A stretch of 64,000 nt of DNA, from positions 177,756,001 to 177,820,000 of the forward strand of contig CM059425.1 in assembly GCA_030390025.1 (NCBI GenBank), read 5' to 3'. Under the pieces are notes generated by a model. It was given only the letters and a program-made list of their open reading frames with translations, did not search any database and was not told the origin of the DNA. The DNA is from Squalus acanthias. Taxonomy: Eukaryota. The first letter of the stretch is position 1. Every line of letters begins with the position of its first letter. Position numbers and translations under genes: made by a program. This document shows, piece by piece, positions 37,939-50,950 of the stretch.

Positions 37939-39603
37939 GTTTTCTTTCCAATTGAGTTTGTTACAGCATAACCATGCGCATCTTGAAAATGTTACCAAAA
38001 AAAGGCTGGCTTAGGGAGATGAATTCCTTTAATAGTGACTTCACTCTTGGTAGGAAGGCAGTATCAGCCCATCCACAAGAGATTGATTGCCTGAAAACTG
38101 AAATACTCTGACACAAAATACCTGGAACTAATGCTTTCTGTCTTGTCTACCAGGAACACTTGCAAGTTAACTTGCATAAAGTTAACATTTACTTTTACAA
38201 AATGAACTGCACATTTCACAGTAGTTCATAAAATTTAGAAGTACTACAATGATTGATTCCAGTAAGTAATTTTTACTACCTAGCAAAAAATCAAGTGAGT
38301 GTTTCCTGAAAGATTTTAATTGGCATAATTTTTGCAGAACAGTTTTTTGGGGCCATTTTTTTGGTCTACGTTTAATTTCTTAAATTTAAGTTCTTTGTTC
38401 ATTTCTTTCTCTCCTTTTTTGTCTTTTTGTGTTCTGTAGCAGTTTCTGAGAGGAAATTAAGGGTCTCTACTTCGTTTTGAGAGTTCAGCCAAAAACAAGA
38501 ACTCCCAATGCACAGAGCTGTGGGCACAAGCCCACATCATACGGCTCTGAGAGCCTGCACGGCAGATCCCTGCTGCTGTACTGGGGCACTTCAAAATATA
38601 GCCTTAATGAAAATTAAACAAGCTGGGACAATCTCAATCCTGTTTCCTGTATATGCATCATCCAATGATAGGGCAGCAATTGCCATGAAATGCATTGGTT
38701 TCAGTCTGAGGTATTTATAGATGTTGTAGGAAACGCCACGCTGATGCAGTCATTGGCAAGATCTTCAAAGGTGGTATGTGTGTATATAATATAAAGAAGG
38801 CAGAGGTGTAGCTGAATATCTGTGTCACGCAGTGAGTGCTGTGACTGTGTAACCCACAAGCTACAAAAGGTATAAGTGAATAATAACTCAGAAGCTGAAT
38901 ATTTGGTGTCACTCAGCAGTGCACTGCTGGAGCTTTTGTTTAAGCCATTAAAGTATGAGCACTGTTAACAATTTTATTTGGGGGAAAACAACATCTGTAC
39001 GTGGCCACCCAGGGCCTGTTGTTGAGTGATGTGATTGGAATTCTGCCCTTTGCTGTGGAATGGCAGGCTTTCCAGTAATTCAGGTCTGGTTTCCAACAAA
39101 TAGTATTGAATGGTTCCTTGCAACTCCATCCTAGTCTGAGACCAGTTAAACCATCTGAGACCTGGAAAATGAAATCTATTGAACATTAAATGTATTTACA
39201 GTTTCCAATTCTATGTTGTAAAACTGGCGAGTACAAAAGAACAGGTTTTCTTCTCACTTATCCCCCCACAGCCAATCCGATGACTTCACAAGCAATGAAA
39301 TGCTAATGTACTAATCTGGAATTTTTAGTAATCAACGGCCAGTTATTTCTTGATAGCAGTGAACTTGTGATGGTTAAATTTGCAGTGCAAATGTCACCAT
39401 GACATGGAACTCACTAATGGCTCATTGCTGGTGTAAAATCTGATCCAAGCTCTCCATAAAATTAAATCAGTGTAAATTATTAAATAGATACCATAGAGTG
39501 CTTTTAAGAAAATATGATCTTGGGAGTACAGATGATAACAGTACAGAGTTTGTTAGCCAGCAGTTTTCAAACATTTCTGTGTGGGAGACTCCCTATAAAT
39601 ATT

Positions 39604-40372
39604 GGGCCGGAATTTGCAGTGGGTAATAACGGCGAACTAACAGCGTTCACCGTTATTGCACCTTTGAAACTGACACCAACTTCAGGATGTAGCGCATGTG
39701 CATCTAAACACGGAAATCCTGAAGTTGCGGTCAGTCATTCACTGCTCCGCCACTGGCTGCGCTGTGGCCCCCCATAGCCGGCGGCAATCAGTGTAATCGG
39801 TGAAATCAATTAAACTGCCGAAAACTTGGGCTTTTCTGCGATGATATTGCTGTTAAATACCCCATTAAAATGTTAGGCCTTGTTGGATTAGGTATAACTG
39901 GGGTTTTATCAGCATATTGACTGCTAAACAAACGTATGGCCCTGAAAAACTAATTTTAATTTTATGGAGTGTCAAATTTCTCCATTATAATAAAAATGAC
40001 AATTTAAGAATTTTTTTTTAATGTTTTTTATTTTTGAAAGTTTGTTCATGATATTTCAGGTTCTACCTTATCCCCATGTGAGAGCCCCAATCTATGTTTT
40101 GCTCTCTAACATTTTTCAAAAGTCATGATAAAAGCAGGTTCTCATTTCCTGGTTCCCTGTCTGTGAGAATTCTGCAATGTGATTGGCTGCTTAGACAGCT
40201 TGTTGACGTTACAGATCGCTGCTGGGTAATCCTCACTATAGAGCACTGAAATCACTTGCGTGGCGAAAAAGGTAAACCTCTCGCAACAGTGATCACAAGA
40301 TCTCTGTGGGCAGCTTTTTTCAAGGCCAGTGGCGAATGCCTTTGCTTCGCTGCTGACTGCAAATTCTGGGCC
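39604..40372. mobile_element. Harbinger-type MITE
   Basis: TIRs GGGCCGGAATTTGCAGT and ACTGCAAATTCTGGGCC; 3-bp TSD ATT at 39601-39603 and 40373-40375. Confidence 0.82.
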
Positions 40373-40594
40373 ATTAAGTTTCCATGGGACTGCCTGTCCT
40401 AACTTCAAAATGACATTCAGATACCCAAAGGAAAACCAGTGCTGTAATTACAGAAAACATTATTGGTACACACAATGGAAATAATGGGCCAGGAAGCCAG
40501 CAAGTATTGAAAAAATTGACACATGGTTAGAAATCTAATGACCTTGCAGACCCTTTGGGATTACTTCACAGATGTTATTAGGGTCTGTAACTTT

Positions 40595-40908
40595 TTTTTC
40601 CTCCTTGAAGCTGGCAGCTGTCCTTCATTCTGCCAGTGGATTTCACACTTCATTCAGCCTTAATCTGTCACATTAACACCACCTCTAGCCTTGCATATCT
40701 CTTAATGTCTCTTAATGTCTCTTCATCTCCTCCTTTGTTCCTTTATCCCCTCCCCCTTTTCCCAGCTTTACCCTGGCCTTAAATCTATTTGATTTCCGGC
40801 TCTTCCCAGTTCTGATGAAAGGTCATCGACCTGAAACGTCAACTCTCTTTCTCTCTCCACGGATGCTGCCTGGCCTGCTGAGTTTTTCCAGCGTTTTCTG
40901 TTGTTATT
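40595..40908 (+). mobile_element. Penelope pLTR fragment
   Basis: 11-bp TSD TCTGTAACTTT at 40584-40594 and 40909-40919; 3' part homologous to 19230-19393. Confidence 0.8.
40808..40844 (+). ncRNA. Minimal type I hammerhead ribozyme with canonical GUC triplet
   Basis: AGTT CTGATGA A AGGTC ATC GACCT GAAAC GTC AACT; perfect 5-bp stem II; predicted cleavage after 40840. Confidence 0.82.
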
Positions 40909-42956
40909 TCTGTAACTTTAGTTTGAATACTGATGGTCTGAACTCTCAATGATCACTGTCTTTTTTACACGCCCAAGTATTTGTTATTCCTCAATTTAAG
41001 TTAAACTTGGATAGTTATTTAGTGTTTTATGGATACTTGGCTGATTTTAGAAGTATTGCAGTAAATGCAATTGAATTAGAAAACAAAATCTCACTGGTTA
41101 AATTTTTTTATTTCATGTGAAACAAAACTTTCATTTTACTTTGCAGCTCTGGTTTGCACTGGTAATTTTTCAAAGTGAGTAGCTGGCAAGTCGCTGTCAA
41201 TGTTGGATTTCCCTGCTGTTGCTGTCCACACATCATATACTATAAACAATGGAATCTTTACAGACCAACAATAATTATCTGGATTTATATGCATTATTGT
41301 TCCAATTGGATTTGCTTCATGATTTATAGCATCCATTGTAGTTCCACAGTAACTCCAACAAGGGGTGCTACAAGCTAGAAACAGCTACAGCACACATTCT
41401 CGAACTGTTTCACTAATGTACAAATATATATGTTTTTTTAAGATGAGATTTTTTGAATAAAATGTCATTGGTGCCTGTGCCAGGAGCCGCAGGACATGAA
41501 TTAACACTCCTCACAGTGCGCTCTAGGACACTTGGGTTAAACTTTTGGAGCGGCTGAATGGAAGCCAGGCATCTTTTCATTCAAAAGAGGGGGAAAAACC
41601 CATGAACTCCCTGGTGGCCTGTTATAGAACATCATTGTCAGAGGAAACCCTCCGAGGAATTTACCAGATGAGGTCCTGGGCCATTGGGCAGGGTCCAACC
41701 TAAAAGGAAGGAGGGAGGTTTTTATTCAATTTATGTTTTTTGGTGAATTTTCACTGAACACTTCCCACAGCACCGATCACTCTTTTTAAAATGTGTTTTA
41801 TTTAGAAAAGCATAAACTTTAAAGTTTTTTTTCATTTAATTATTTTGGAATAATTGACTCCAAAGAAAACTGTATGTGTGGTGTGTTTAAGTTTTTGTAA
41901 CTTTTTTTATCTTCCCTTCCCAGTGGCCCAGTACCTTATCTGGTGAATTCCTCTGAGAGCGCGGTTGGATTGACAGCTTGTTTGGGGGAATGTGCGCTGT
42001 TTCATGTCACAGCCTGTCACCTGCTGCCAAATATAACCTACCAATACTTTTTGGATCCAGTCACACAATCCCATGCTTGTTCAGGTACCAAGTCACAGAG
42101 TTGATGCATCCTGTGACCCAGGTCTCTCCAAACCACAAAGAAAAGAACTTAAAACAAAAATATACAATATAGTATGTATTCTAAATTGTACTTGGTGAAT
42201 TACAAGAGGGTAATCCAATCTCAAATCTGAGTTCAAATGGTCATAAACTGCATGAGTTTCTAGTACTTAGTGTACTGCCATACAAGTCACTTACAAGTAT
42301 CTATTTACCTCTGTGAAATGGTGCTTGCAAGCCTTGCTGTGCTATCATGTAAAATTACTGGGTAAGTTACTTTCAATTAATGTGCAGTGCAGTGTTGATA
42401 TAATTAGTTTGTAACTTGCTGTTCACTTGAAACTGCCTTCTGTTCACTTAAGTAGCCAATGGTTTAATAACACACGTTATAAAGAGTAATGGCGATGGGC
42501 GTAGGGCAGTGTTTCAAAATTCAACACCTGTTGGCTGATCTTAGTAAATCGCACTTTGCTTTTAGTTTATTATATCATCTCAGTCCTGCTGTGCTAATGC
42601 ATTATAACAAACTGAAACCTGTGCTATTCTTCAGACAAGAAAAAAACAAAGGTCCCATGATAAATAAGGTTTCCTGTTCAAATTTTGGGAAAATCCCCCA
42701 GTGTATTGTGGAGCCTAAGTTTGTCGAAATATTGTGGGTTCAAGCCCAACTTCAGGACTTGAGCACTGATGCTTAATACTGAGGGATGGTGCTGCATTGT
42801 AGGAGGTGTTGTCTTTCAGATTAGGCATTAAACCAAGGCCCTGTATGCGCTATTCAAAGAAGAGCAGGGAGCTCTCCTGGTGTCCTGGCCAACATTTTAA
42901 CATCAATTTAATTTAAAAAAAAAAATCAGAATAACTGTTTGTGGATTTGTTTGCCT

Positions 42957-43848
42957 GGGATTGTGAGTTGTGAGGAAGATGCAAAGAGACTTCAAGGCGA
43001 TTTAGACAAGTTGAGTGAGTGGGCAAATACATGACAGATGCAGTATAACGTGGATAAATGTGAAGTTATCCACTTCGGTAGGAAAAACAGAAAGGCAGAG
43101 TATTATTTAAATGGTGATAGATTGGGAAATGTTGATGTACAGAGGGACCTGGGTGTTCTTGTACACCAGTCACTGAAAGCAAACATGCAGGTGCAGCAAG
43201 CAGTTAGGAAGGCAAATGGTATGTTGGCCTTCATTGCAAGAGGATTTGAGTACAGGAGCAAGGATGTCTTACTACAGTTGTACAGGGCCTTGGTGAGACC
43301 ACACCTGGTGTACTGTGTGCAGTTTTGGTCTCCTTACCTAAGAAAGGATATACTTGCCATTGAGGGAGTGCAGCAAAGGTTCACCAGACTGATTCCTGGG
43401 ATGACAGGACTGTCGTATAAGGAGAGATTGGGTCGACTAGGCCTGTATTCACTAGAGTTTAGAAGAATGAGAGGGGATCTCATTGAAACGTATAAAATTC
43501 TGACAGGGCTAGACAGACTGGATGCAGGAAGGATGTTTCCCCTGGCTGGGGGGTCTAGAATGAGGGGTTACGGGGTAGGACATTTAGGACTGAGATGAGG
43601 AGAAATTTCTTCACTTGGAGGGTGGTGAACCTGTGGAATTCTCTGCCACAGAAGGCTGTGGAGGCCAATTCACTGAATATATTTAAGAAGGAGATAGATA
43701 GATTTCTAGACACAAAAGGCATCAAGGGGTATGGGCAGAGAGCGGGAATGTGGTATTGAGAGAGAGGATCAGACATGATCATATTGAATGGCGGAGCAGG
43801 CTCGAAGGGTCGAATGGCCTACTCCTGCTACTATTTTTCTGTGTTTCT
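42957..43848 (+). mobile_element. CR1 LINE 3' fragment
   Basis: ORF 43038-43598 contains MQYNVDKCEVIHFG and RPHLVYCVQFWSPY; typical 3' UTR. Confidence 0.92.
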
Positions 43849-43904
43849 ACATAACAACTGTGGCTGATTGTGAAGTGCTTTGGAAGTCTCAAGGATATGA
43901 TGAG

Positions 43905-44110
43905 GTATATTTTTTTTTTCTCTCTTTTTCTCTTCCTCTCTTTCTTTCTCTACTTCTCACTCACATACTCTCTCTCCCCTTTCTCTCACTCCTTTTCTCT
44001 CTCTCTCTCTCTCTCACCCTATCACTTGCATTTTCTCTTTTTTTCTTTCTCTTTCCTCTTTCTCTTTTTGTTCTTTTTTCTCTCTCCTTTATCTCCTCTC
44101 TTTCTTTGTC
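43905..44110. repeat. CT-rich low-complexity tract
   Basis: About 200 bp of almost pure pyrimidines. Confidence 0.9.
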
Positions 44111-46627
44111 ACAATGGTCAAATCCAAAGGAGATTTGAGACAGTAATTTCTCCTAGTTTCTTTTTTTTGTTGGAAAATTGTAGTTTGTTGCTTTTTTTTT
44201 GAAAAAGGGCTGACTTCACTGGAGAAATGTTAAAAGTTGTACTTTTAAATCTACTTTAAAAATGGAGTTACTTAAAGTACTTTGTAAATTTATGACTTAG
44301 TTACATTATGTTGAAAGACTGACATCAGTTTAGATGACTATTTTAAATTATCTAAGTTGTGAGCTATATGGGTTGTGTTTATAGTTTTTTCATTAAACCA
44401 TACTCCCAATTGATTCTCCATACATGTTCTCAACAACATAAACAGGGTTGTGTGCAGTGGTGTTATTTAAAGCATTCATATTTTTTTCCTGAGCACACAA
44501 TATTGACTGTTTTGTCAGACAGATATTCATTATTTTCCTGAAACATTGAAGTCTAAGCACTGCTTTGATATTTGGATTGAGTCCTGGGTTTATGGGTATA
44601 TCTTGCATAATTCTGTGGCTATTTCTGGTAGTGAAGTCAATAACTGATTATTGTGAAGAACTTTTGTTTTAAAAATAACGCAGAATATAAAATGGAGTAT
44701 TCAGAAACAGCCTTTCCAATTGGTTTGTTTGTATTTGATGTAGGTTCATAGTGGATGTTGAGTGAGTGATTGCCATTGCTATACCCGTTAGAACTAGAAG
44801 CCTTTGTTAATTTTACTATAGTTTGTTTTTACTAATTTTAAGGTTATTTTCAGTTTAAAAAAAAAATGAATTTACAACAATGAATTCAAAAAGGTGAAAA
44901 CCCAGTAGAAGGCTCATTTTGTACTCTCTTAATTGTGATGGCTTTGCTGGGACATGTGTGCAAATTGAAATGTGATTTTTAAGGTCAAGCTAATGTTAAA
45001 GGTAATCTACATAAGGCCACTTGAGTTGGAGTGAAGAAAACAGTTTGGAATGCTTGCATATGTTGTTGATTAGTCGCCTTCCAACTGTGTTTTTAATAAT
45101 TTGATATAAGCAAAAGTTAGATATGAGTTTTCTGTACAAGCCATTGCCTAGCTGAAAGGACAAATGAGTTGTTGCTCCCAAGTCTCATTCCTGAGCTGCT
45201 TTACTATGGGATCGTGCCATGCTTTCACTTCATCTCCCTTGATAGCACAGCCGAGACCAACAATCAGTAGGATTGTTGTTGCACAAAGCCTTGTTGTTGC
45301 TTCAGTTTTTTTTGCCCATCTTTTTTGTTTTGAACCAAAGTTGGATTTCATTTTTACAGATTACTGAAAATAAAATCATCTGATTCTATAAAATTCTCTA
45401 ATTTTGCTTGGCACATTCAACATTGCACAAATGTTCTGGGTTGTGAAAAGATGATGTTGTATTTTGAGATGTGAATATGTCCTGATGGGTACTTAACCCA
45501 GTATAGCATTGTGTGAAAACTTGGAAAATGAAGTGTAGTTGATCTCGCCAAATCTGATTCCTATGGCTGAGAGGGGTATGTATCCACTCCAAGGAACAAC
45601 CTGGAACAGTTTTTTTTGCATAAGCCCAGATTTGGTGTCTCCCTTACTGCTTTTTTTTCTCTACTGATCACTGATTTTTACATTTGACACTTTGATTTCT
45701 GATGGCTGCTATTATCCACCTAGTAAAGAGCTCCAAAAATAAGTATTCCCTCCCGTAAAACTATGTGGGATAACAGGTATGAATTGACCTACACGACGCT
45801 GAACTATTTCAGTTGTGTGTTGAGCAAATATAGTTATTGTTGCATTCTTTAATCTATCGGTCAGCAAGGATTTATGAAAGTAGACAGGTACTGAAAGTGG
45901 CAACCAGATGGAGCTGTCTGGACCACCACCTTTTTACCTTTTTAGCCCCCCCCCCCCCCCCCCCAAAAAAAAAAAAATTCTAGCTTTTCTTTGAAGGGAA
46001 TTCAGCTCTCCAAAACACCCCTGCCTTTTCAGTTTGATGGTCGCACCTTAACCCCTTCAGTCCACTTCTCCATAACCGCTATCAAATGCTGCTTCATGAT
46101 CAGAGAGAACTTGCAATTCAAACATTGCACCCTTGTCTGCACCATTTTGTTTTCCTTTGTTATCCTACCCACAAGATGGAACACTACACCAAATCTCCAT
46201 GTGGTAGTGAAACTCTGACCAATGACAGCTGAGAACGGTCCTCTGAATCAAGGTTGCTTGTGTAACATAACCCATCCCCCAGTACTTGAACTATCTTCAA
46301 TGATTTGGTAAGAAACTTTTGAAACATCTTTCATAAGTTATTTAGGAGGCCCTTGTTTTAATTTTTTTTTAAATCCTACTTACTATTCGCTTGTGAAGTT
46401 GGTCTTCACTGAATCACTTTGACCATGGCTCATAGATAGTTTCTCCAGTTCTCTTGCTTCCCATAACTGCCATCACAAATACTTCACTTTGTAAAACTTT
46501 TTTTTAGATTATTTGCATTAATTGACATCTAGTTTTGTGTTTTATCTGTTAGCTTTACAAATAAAGGAAAATTACTTTAAAACCAACTTTAAAACTTTTT
46601 TTTAAAATTTCTTATTTCTTTTGACAG

Positions 46628-46699
46628 GTGTTTGTGGAAACATTAGACAAATGTTTTGAGAACGTCTGTGAGCTGGATTTAATTTTCCACCTAGACAAG
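46628..46699 (+). CDS. AP3S1: AP3S1 exon 4
   Basis: Acceptor TTTGACAG; VFVETLDKCFENVCELDLIFHLDK; donor GTAGTA; 72 nt. Confidence 0.97.
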
Positions 46700-47149
46700 G
46701 TAGTATTTGTTGACAATTGGTGTTAGTTATTATACTTGCTATCATCAATCAGTGGAAGGTTGGCCACTGCCGTTAAACACTGGTAGTTCACATAACTTTT
46801 AAGTTTTTTTAAATTTGCAACTGAGTCAGGTCAAATGGACAAAGAATTTGGATTGGGAAAACCTTCTGTGTAAAAATGCATTGAACAAACACAAAGAAAT
46901 GTTTACTCGCAGTGGCCACCAGTATGTTTACAAGTGCGTTGATTTGTAAAAAAAATCTGTCCATGTCTCTGACCCTAGTGTGTCTCTTCTCCTGCTCCCT
47001 TAATTGAATAAACTTCCTGAAGTTTATAGAACACAAAACACAAGCTACAACAGGTAGATAATCACAACAGTAATTTTTTCCTGTCTCAGTGCATACATGT
47101 ATACACACACACACACACATTTTACATGGATTAAGTTTTTGAAATTTAT

Positions 47150-48100
47150 CCCCTGGCTTGTCTTCAAATCATTCTGGAAAAACCTGAGTATAAACTTCTA
47201 GAAGATAAAGAAAAAATATCCCATCAATACAGTGGAGTGGTGCTGATGCATCCTGGGTAATTAGGTAGACTCCACATGCTCAGACTGCACAATCCAAACT
47301 CAGCTCAAAGTCACAGGTCTGGGGGAAAATGTCAAATCCAAGCCCAGGCTTTTGGAAGAGGCTGAGGCCTTCAAGTAAAGCACTTTCAATATTGCCATCA
47401 CTCGCGATGGAATGCCTAAATCTTGGGAGGCAAAAAAATACGCCGATTTACGCATGCACGTAAAAATACAGCGATTTGAAGAGGAATGGAGAGCACCCAG
47501 TTCAAACATTTGCCACTAAAGAAGTATCCGCTTCAACATCCTTCTGATGAATTTCCATTTACACCCTGCTTTCTTGACATGTTTTCAAGGGATCCTCCTA
47601 ACTGATTGAAAGTTGAAGGGAATCAGCAGGATTCAAGGTAAACTTACCAATACCCACACCCGCTCTCTCTCCACCTCTCCCTCTGCAGGGCCGCCTCACC
47701 TGTTGGACTCCCAATAGTTTTATTTCCTGACTGATGCTGTCTGTGTTCTTGTAATTGACCCATTTTTCTAGAAGTCTCATTCTGAACAGCTGTAAGTTGC
47801 TCCAGTTTGACATAGAGATAAATAAGATGGAGCTGGATTGAAGGCACAGACCACAGGTAGAGGCGGAGAGTGAGGTGCTGCCAGGAAAACTTTTCCCAGC
47901 TCGAATCCTGAGACTGATACCAGTGTCTCGCCTGTAAAATGATCCCTCGCCTGTCTCCACGGAGGCAGTCATAAAACACCTGGAGGCCACTTTGTTTATC
48001 ACAGGCATAATGATGCAGAGTGAGAGGGTGGAACTGTTCTCATGATAACTCTTCCAGATTAGCTCTGTGGTGTCAGTGGAACATTTTAATTCTGTGGTGG
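47150..48100 (-). mobile_element. Possible highly decayed L1/Tx1 ORF1 remnant
   Basis: Fragments QEIKLLGV, ELGALH, PSRVMAILK, PDL and YP occur in the order expected for L1 ORF1p motifs; many frameshifts. Confidence 0.35.
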
Positions 48101-48234
48101 GAGGACGAAAATACAAAACACAAAAAAGTCCCCCGACATCGCAGCCAGGAATCACTTGGGAACAGAAGGCGGCCATTCAGCCCCTTGAGTCCCACGCCAG
48201 AGACCTTGCACAAAATCCAGGTTGACACTCCAGT

Positions 48235-48365
48235 GCAGTACTGAGGGAGCGCTGCACTGTTGGAGGGGCAGTACTGAGGGAGTGCTGCACTGTTGGAGGG
48301 GCAGTACTGAGGGAGCGCTGCACTGTTGGAGGGGCAGTACTGAGGGAGCGCTGCACTGTTGAAGG
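48235..48365 (+). repeat. 33-bp tandem repeat, 4 copies, derived from a DeuSINE segment
   Basis: Unit GCAGTACTGAGGGAGCGCTGCACTGTTGGAGGG; single-copy homolog at about 8377-8409. Confidence 0.9.
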
Positions 48366-50509
48366 TAGGTTTAAAGGAACGTCTTAAAGGAGGAAAGAGA
48401 GGCAATTCCAGAGCTTAGGGCCTAGGCAGTTGAAGGAACGGCTGTCAGTGCTGGAGCGATTAAAATCGGGAATGTGCAAGAGGCCCGAATTGGAGGAGCA
48501 CAGAGATCTCGGATGGTTGTAGGGCTGGAGGAAGTTATGTTCCAGAAAGAGTAACGTTCAAAAGCAGAGCGAGGCTGGCCTGCAAGTGACGTGACAGTGG
48601 GGCCACCAATCCACCTACTCCTGCTCAATGTTCCCCCTAAGGTGCGCAGCTGTGCATCAACCGCGAGGTCTCGCACAGGCCGCTCACAAACTTTTGCGGC
48701 TGGAAGATACTGCGCAGCAAATTTAAATGGGACTCCGCACGAAAAAAAAATTAGACGGAACATTGCTCCTGCTCCTACATCTTATGTTCTTATGTCAGTA
48801 ATCGGTTAGTGACGGCTGAATGCACTTCCTGTTCGGGAGCAAAGGTCGCAGAATTCACTTCCTGTCCAGGAGCAAAGGTCAGTGAAGGGGTCTGGTCAGG
48901 AAAAAATACGCAAGATTTCTTACCAAACATCATGATTTTTCAGAGTTTGTCTCTTGATTTATGAGGCGGTGGGGTTGGCAATGCTGCACTTTAAAGAAAG
49001 TATTAAAAAAAATTCAGTTGATATATTCAATCATGTTATTATGAAATGTGTTTTTTAAATTTTGTTTAAACCCTTAGTTTGGACATTAAAAATTTAAGTT
49101 ACTGAGGAAAAAATGGCAGATGAGAATTTTCAGTAAGTATTTTGAGGGAACTTAAATTTTTGTTGCTCAATCACAGAGTGATGATGTACTCACACAATAG
49201 CTGCTATTTTATAGTGAGTGTCACAGGAAGTGACAGAAAAGCATGATACCTTTTTAATATTGAAAATACCCATCATAGCAATACCTACAGGAGGTATGCA
49301 TGGTCCACATACTGAATTTACTATGTAATAGATAATGGGAGTTGATTACAAAATAGTTCAGTTGATCTGAAAATAAAGCTACAGTTGTTTATAAATATCT
49401 GAATCTCCTAATTAAATTAGTCTTGAAATTCGTCCCTTTCATATTTATTGTGCATCTGTGTATAATGTATATTAAATTAAATTTTATGAGGATTTTAATC
49501 TATTTTTGTTTAGCTTTTGTGCCTCATGACACTATCTGGACAAATACTATTTTAAAAAACCACTCAATAGTACTTGCATAATAGGATTTATAATTGTAAT
49601 ATTATTGCTCCAACTTTGGGAATATTTTAAGATTATTGGAAAATTCTATACGAAGTCTAATTTCTGTAAAGACTCACAAGATAATCTGATCTGAGGGATT
49701 TAGATGATACAACCAAAAGAATGAACAATTCACTGTCTCAATTTAGACAATGAAGATATTTAAAATGTTTTGTTTTCCCCCTTGCCATTTCTGGAGGGTT
49801 TTCTGATGTTTGACTCTGGTTTCCTGACACTACCTTCTAATTGAAAGGACCTTTCAGAAGAAATTTATTCATCGGAATAACCACATAATTGCACATCTTA
49901 CAGTGTGTACTTAATGGCACCTCTCGGTCCTTTTTTATTTTGTATTAGATTTTGAAACTGATGTTTGGAGGCAGCATGGAAGCGTGCATTTTTCATTGAC
50001 ATTGACTATGTAAGATAGCTGTGAGCAGTATTCCCAATTCATGGTCTTCGTTCACAAGGACTTCCGTGCAAATGTCAGGTTCCAAGTTGCCGCTGAGCAG
50101 TTCTTGTATTTCATGCTTTAGAGTGACTGGTAAAGTGTAATATTCAGGATTGTGTAGTAGTTCAATTGAATACACTTCCCCTTTATAATGTTTGACCTCA
50201 TAGTACTTGGAGTATTTCCATTTTTGTATTCTGCTTTTGGTTACAGGAAAGTCACAATATGATGTTTGTTAGGCAGGTATATATTGCAATTGCTGGCTCT
50301 TTGAAAGAGCATCCTTGCTTTTTGTCCATAATCTTTGTAGTATTCAACACAGCCACCTATACCATCTTCCTCCATTGATCTCTTCCATTGTCCAGCTCAG
50401 TGGGACTTCCCTTGCATGGTTTCACTTCTGCCTGCCTGACTGGGCCAACTCCTCTCCTGCAATGTTTATTTTTTTCCTACCCCCACACTATCACTTCCTG
50501 ATTTGTGGA

Positions 50510-50950
50510 AGCTGACTCCATCTCCATGAGTGATGTTGCCAAGTGGCAGCAAGTAAATGTTGAAAGGGGCGGCCAAGGATAGATCCTTGGGTGACTCCAG
50601 AGTTAACCGTGCTGGGGGCAGGAAGAGAAGCCATTGCTAGAGATACTCTGGTTACGATCCAATAGATATGAGTGAACCCAAGCAGTCCCACTGAACTGGA
50701 CAATGGAGGAGAAGCTTTGGAGGAGGATTGTGTGGTCGACTGTGTCAAAAGCTGTAGAGTGGTCGCGGTGGGATAGTGCACCATGGTCACAGAGGGTCAT
50801 TTGTGACTTTGGTTAGGGCTGTTTCAGTGCTGTAGCAGGAACAGAAACTTGATTGGAGACATTCAAATTTGGAGTTGTGGGAAAGATTGGCATGGGTTTG
50901 GGAGATGACATCACTTTCAAGGACCCACGGGAATGATTCCCAGCATTCAG
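50510..50950 (-). mobile_element. Degenerate L2 RT fragment
   Basis: TAFDTVDHTILLQ and SGVTQGSILG motifs. Confidence 0.75.

Noticed and set aside
43788..44202. Hydrophobic F/L/S-rich ORFs as membrane proteins
   Set aside because: Translation of a CT-rich low-complexity tract.
48235..48365. CRISPR-like array
   Set aside because: Direct head-to-tail repeats without unique spacers, no cas genes, eukaryotic context.
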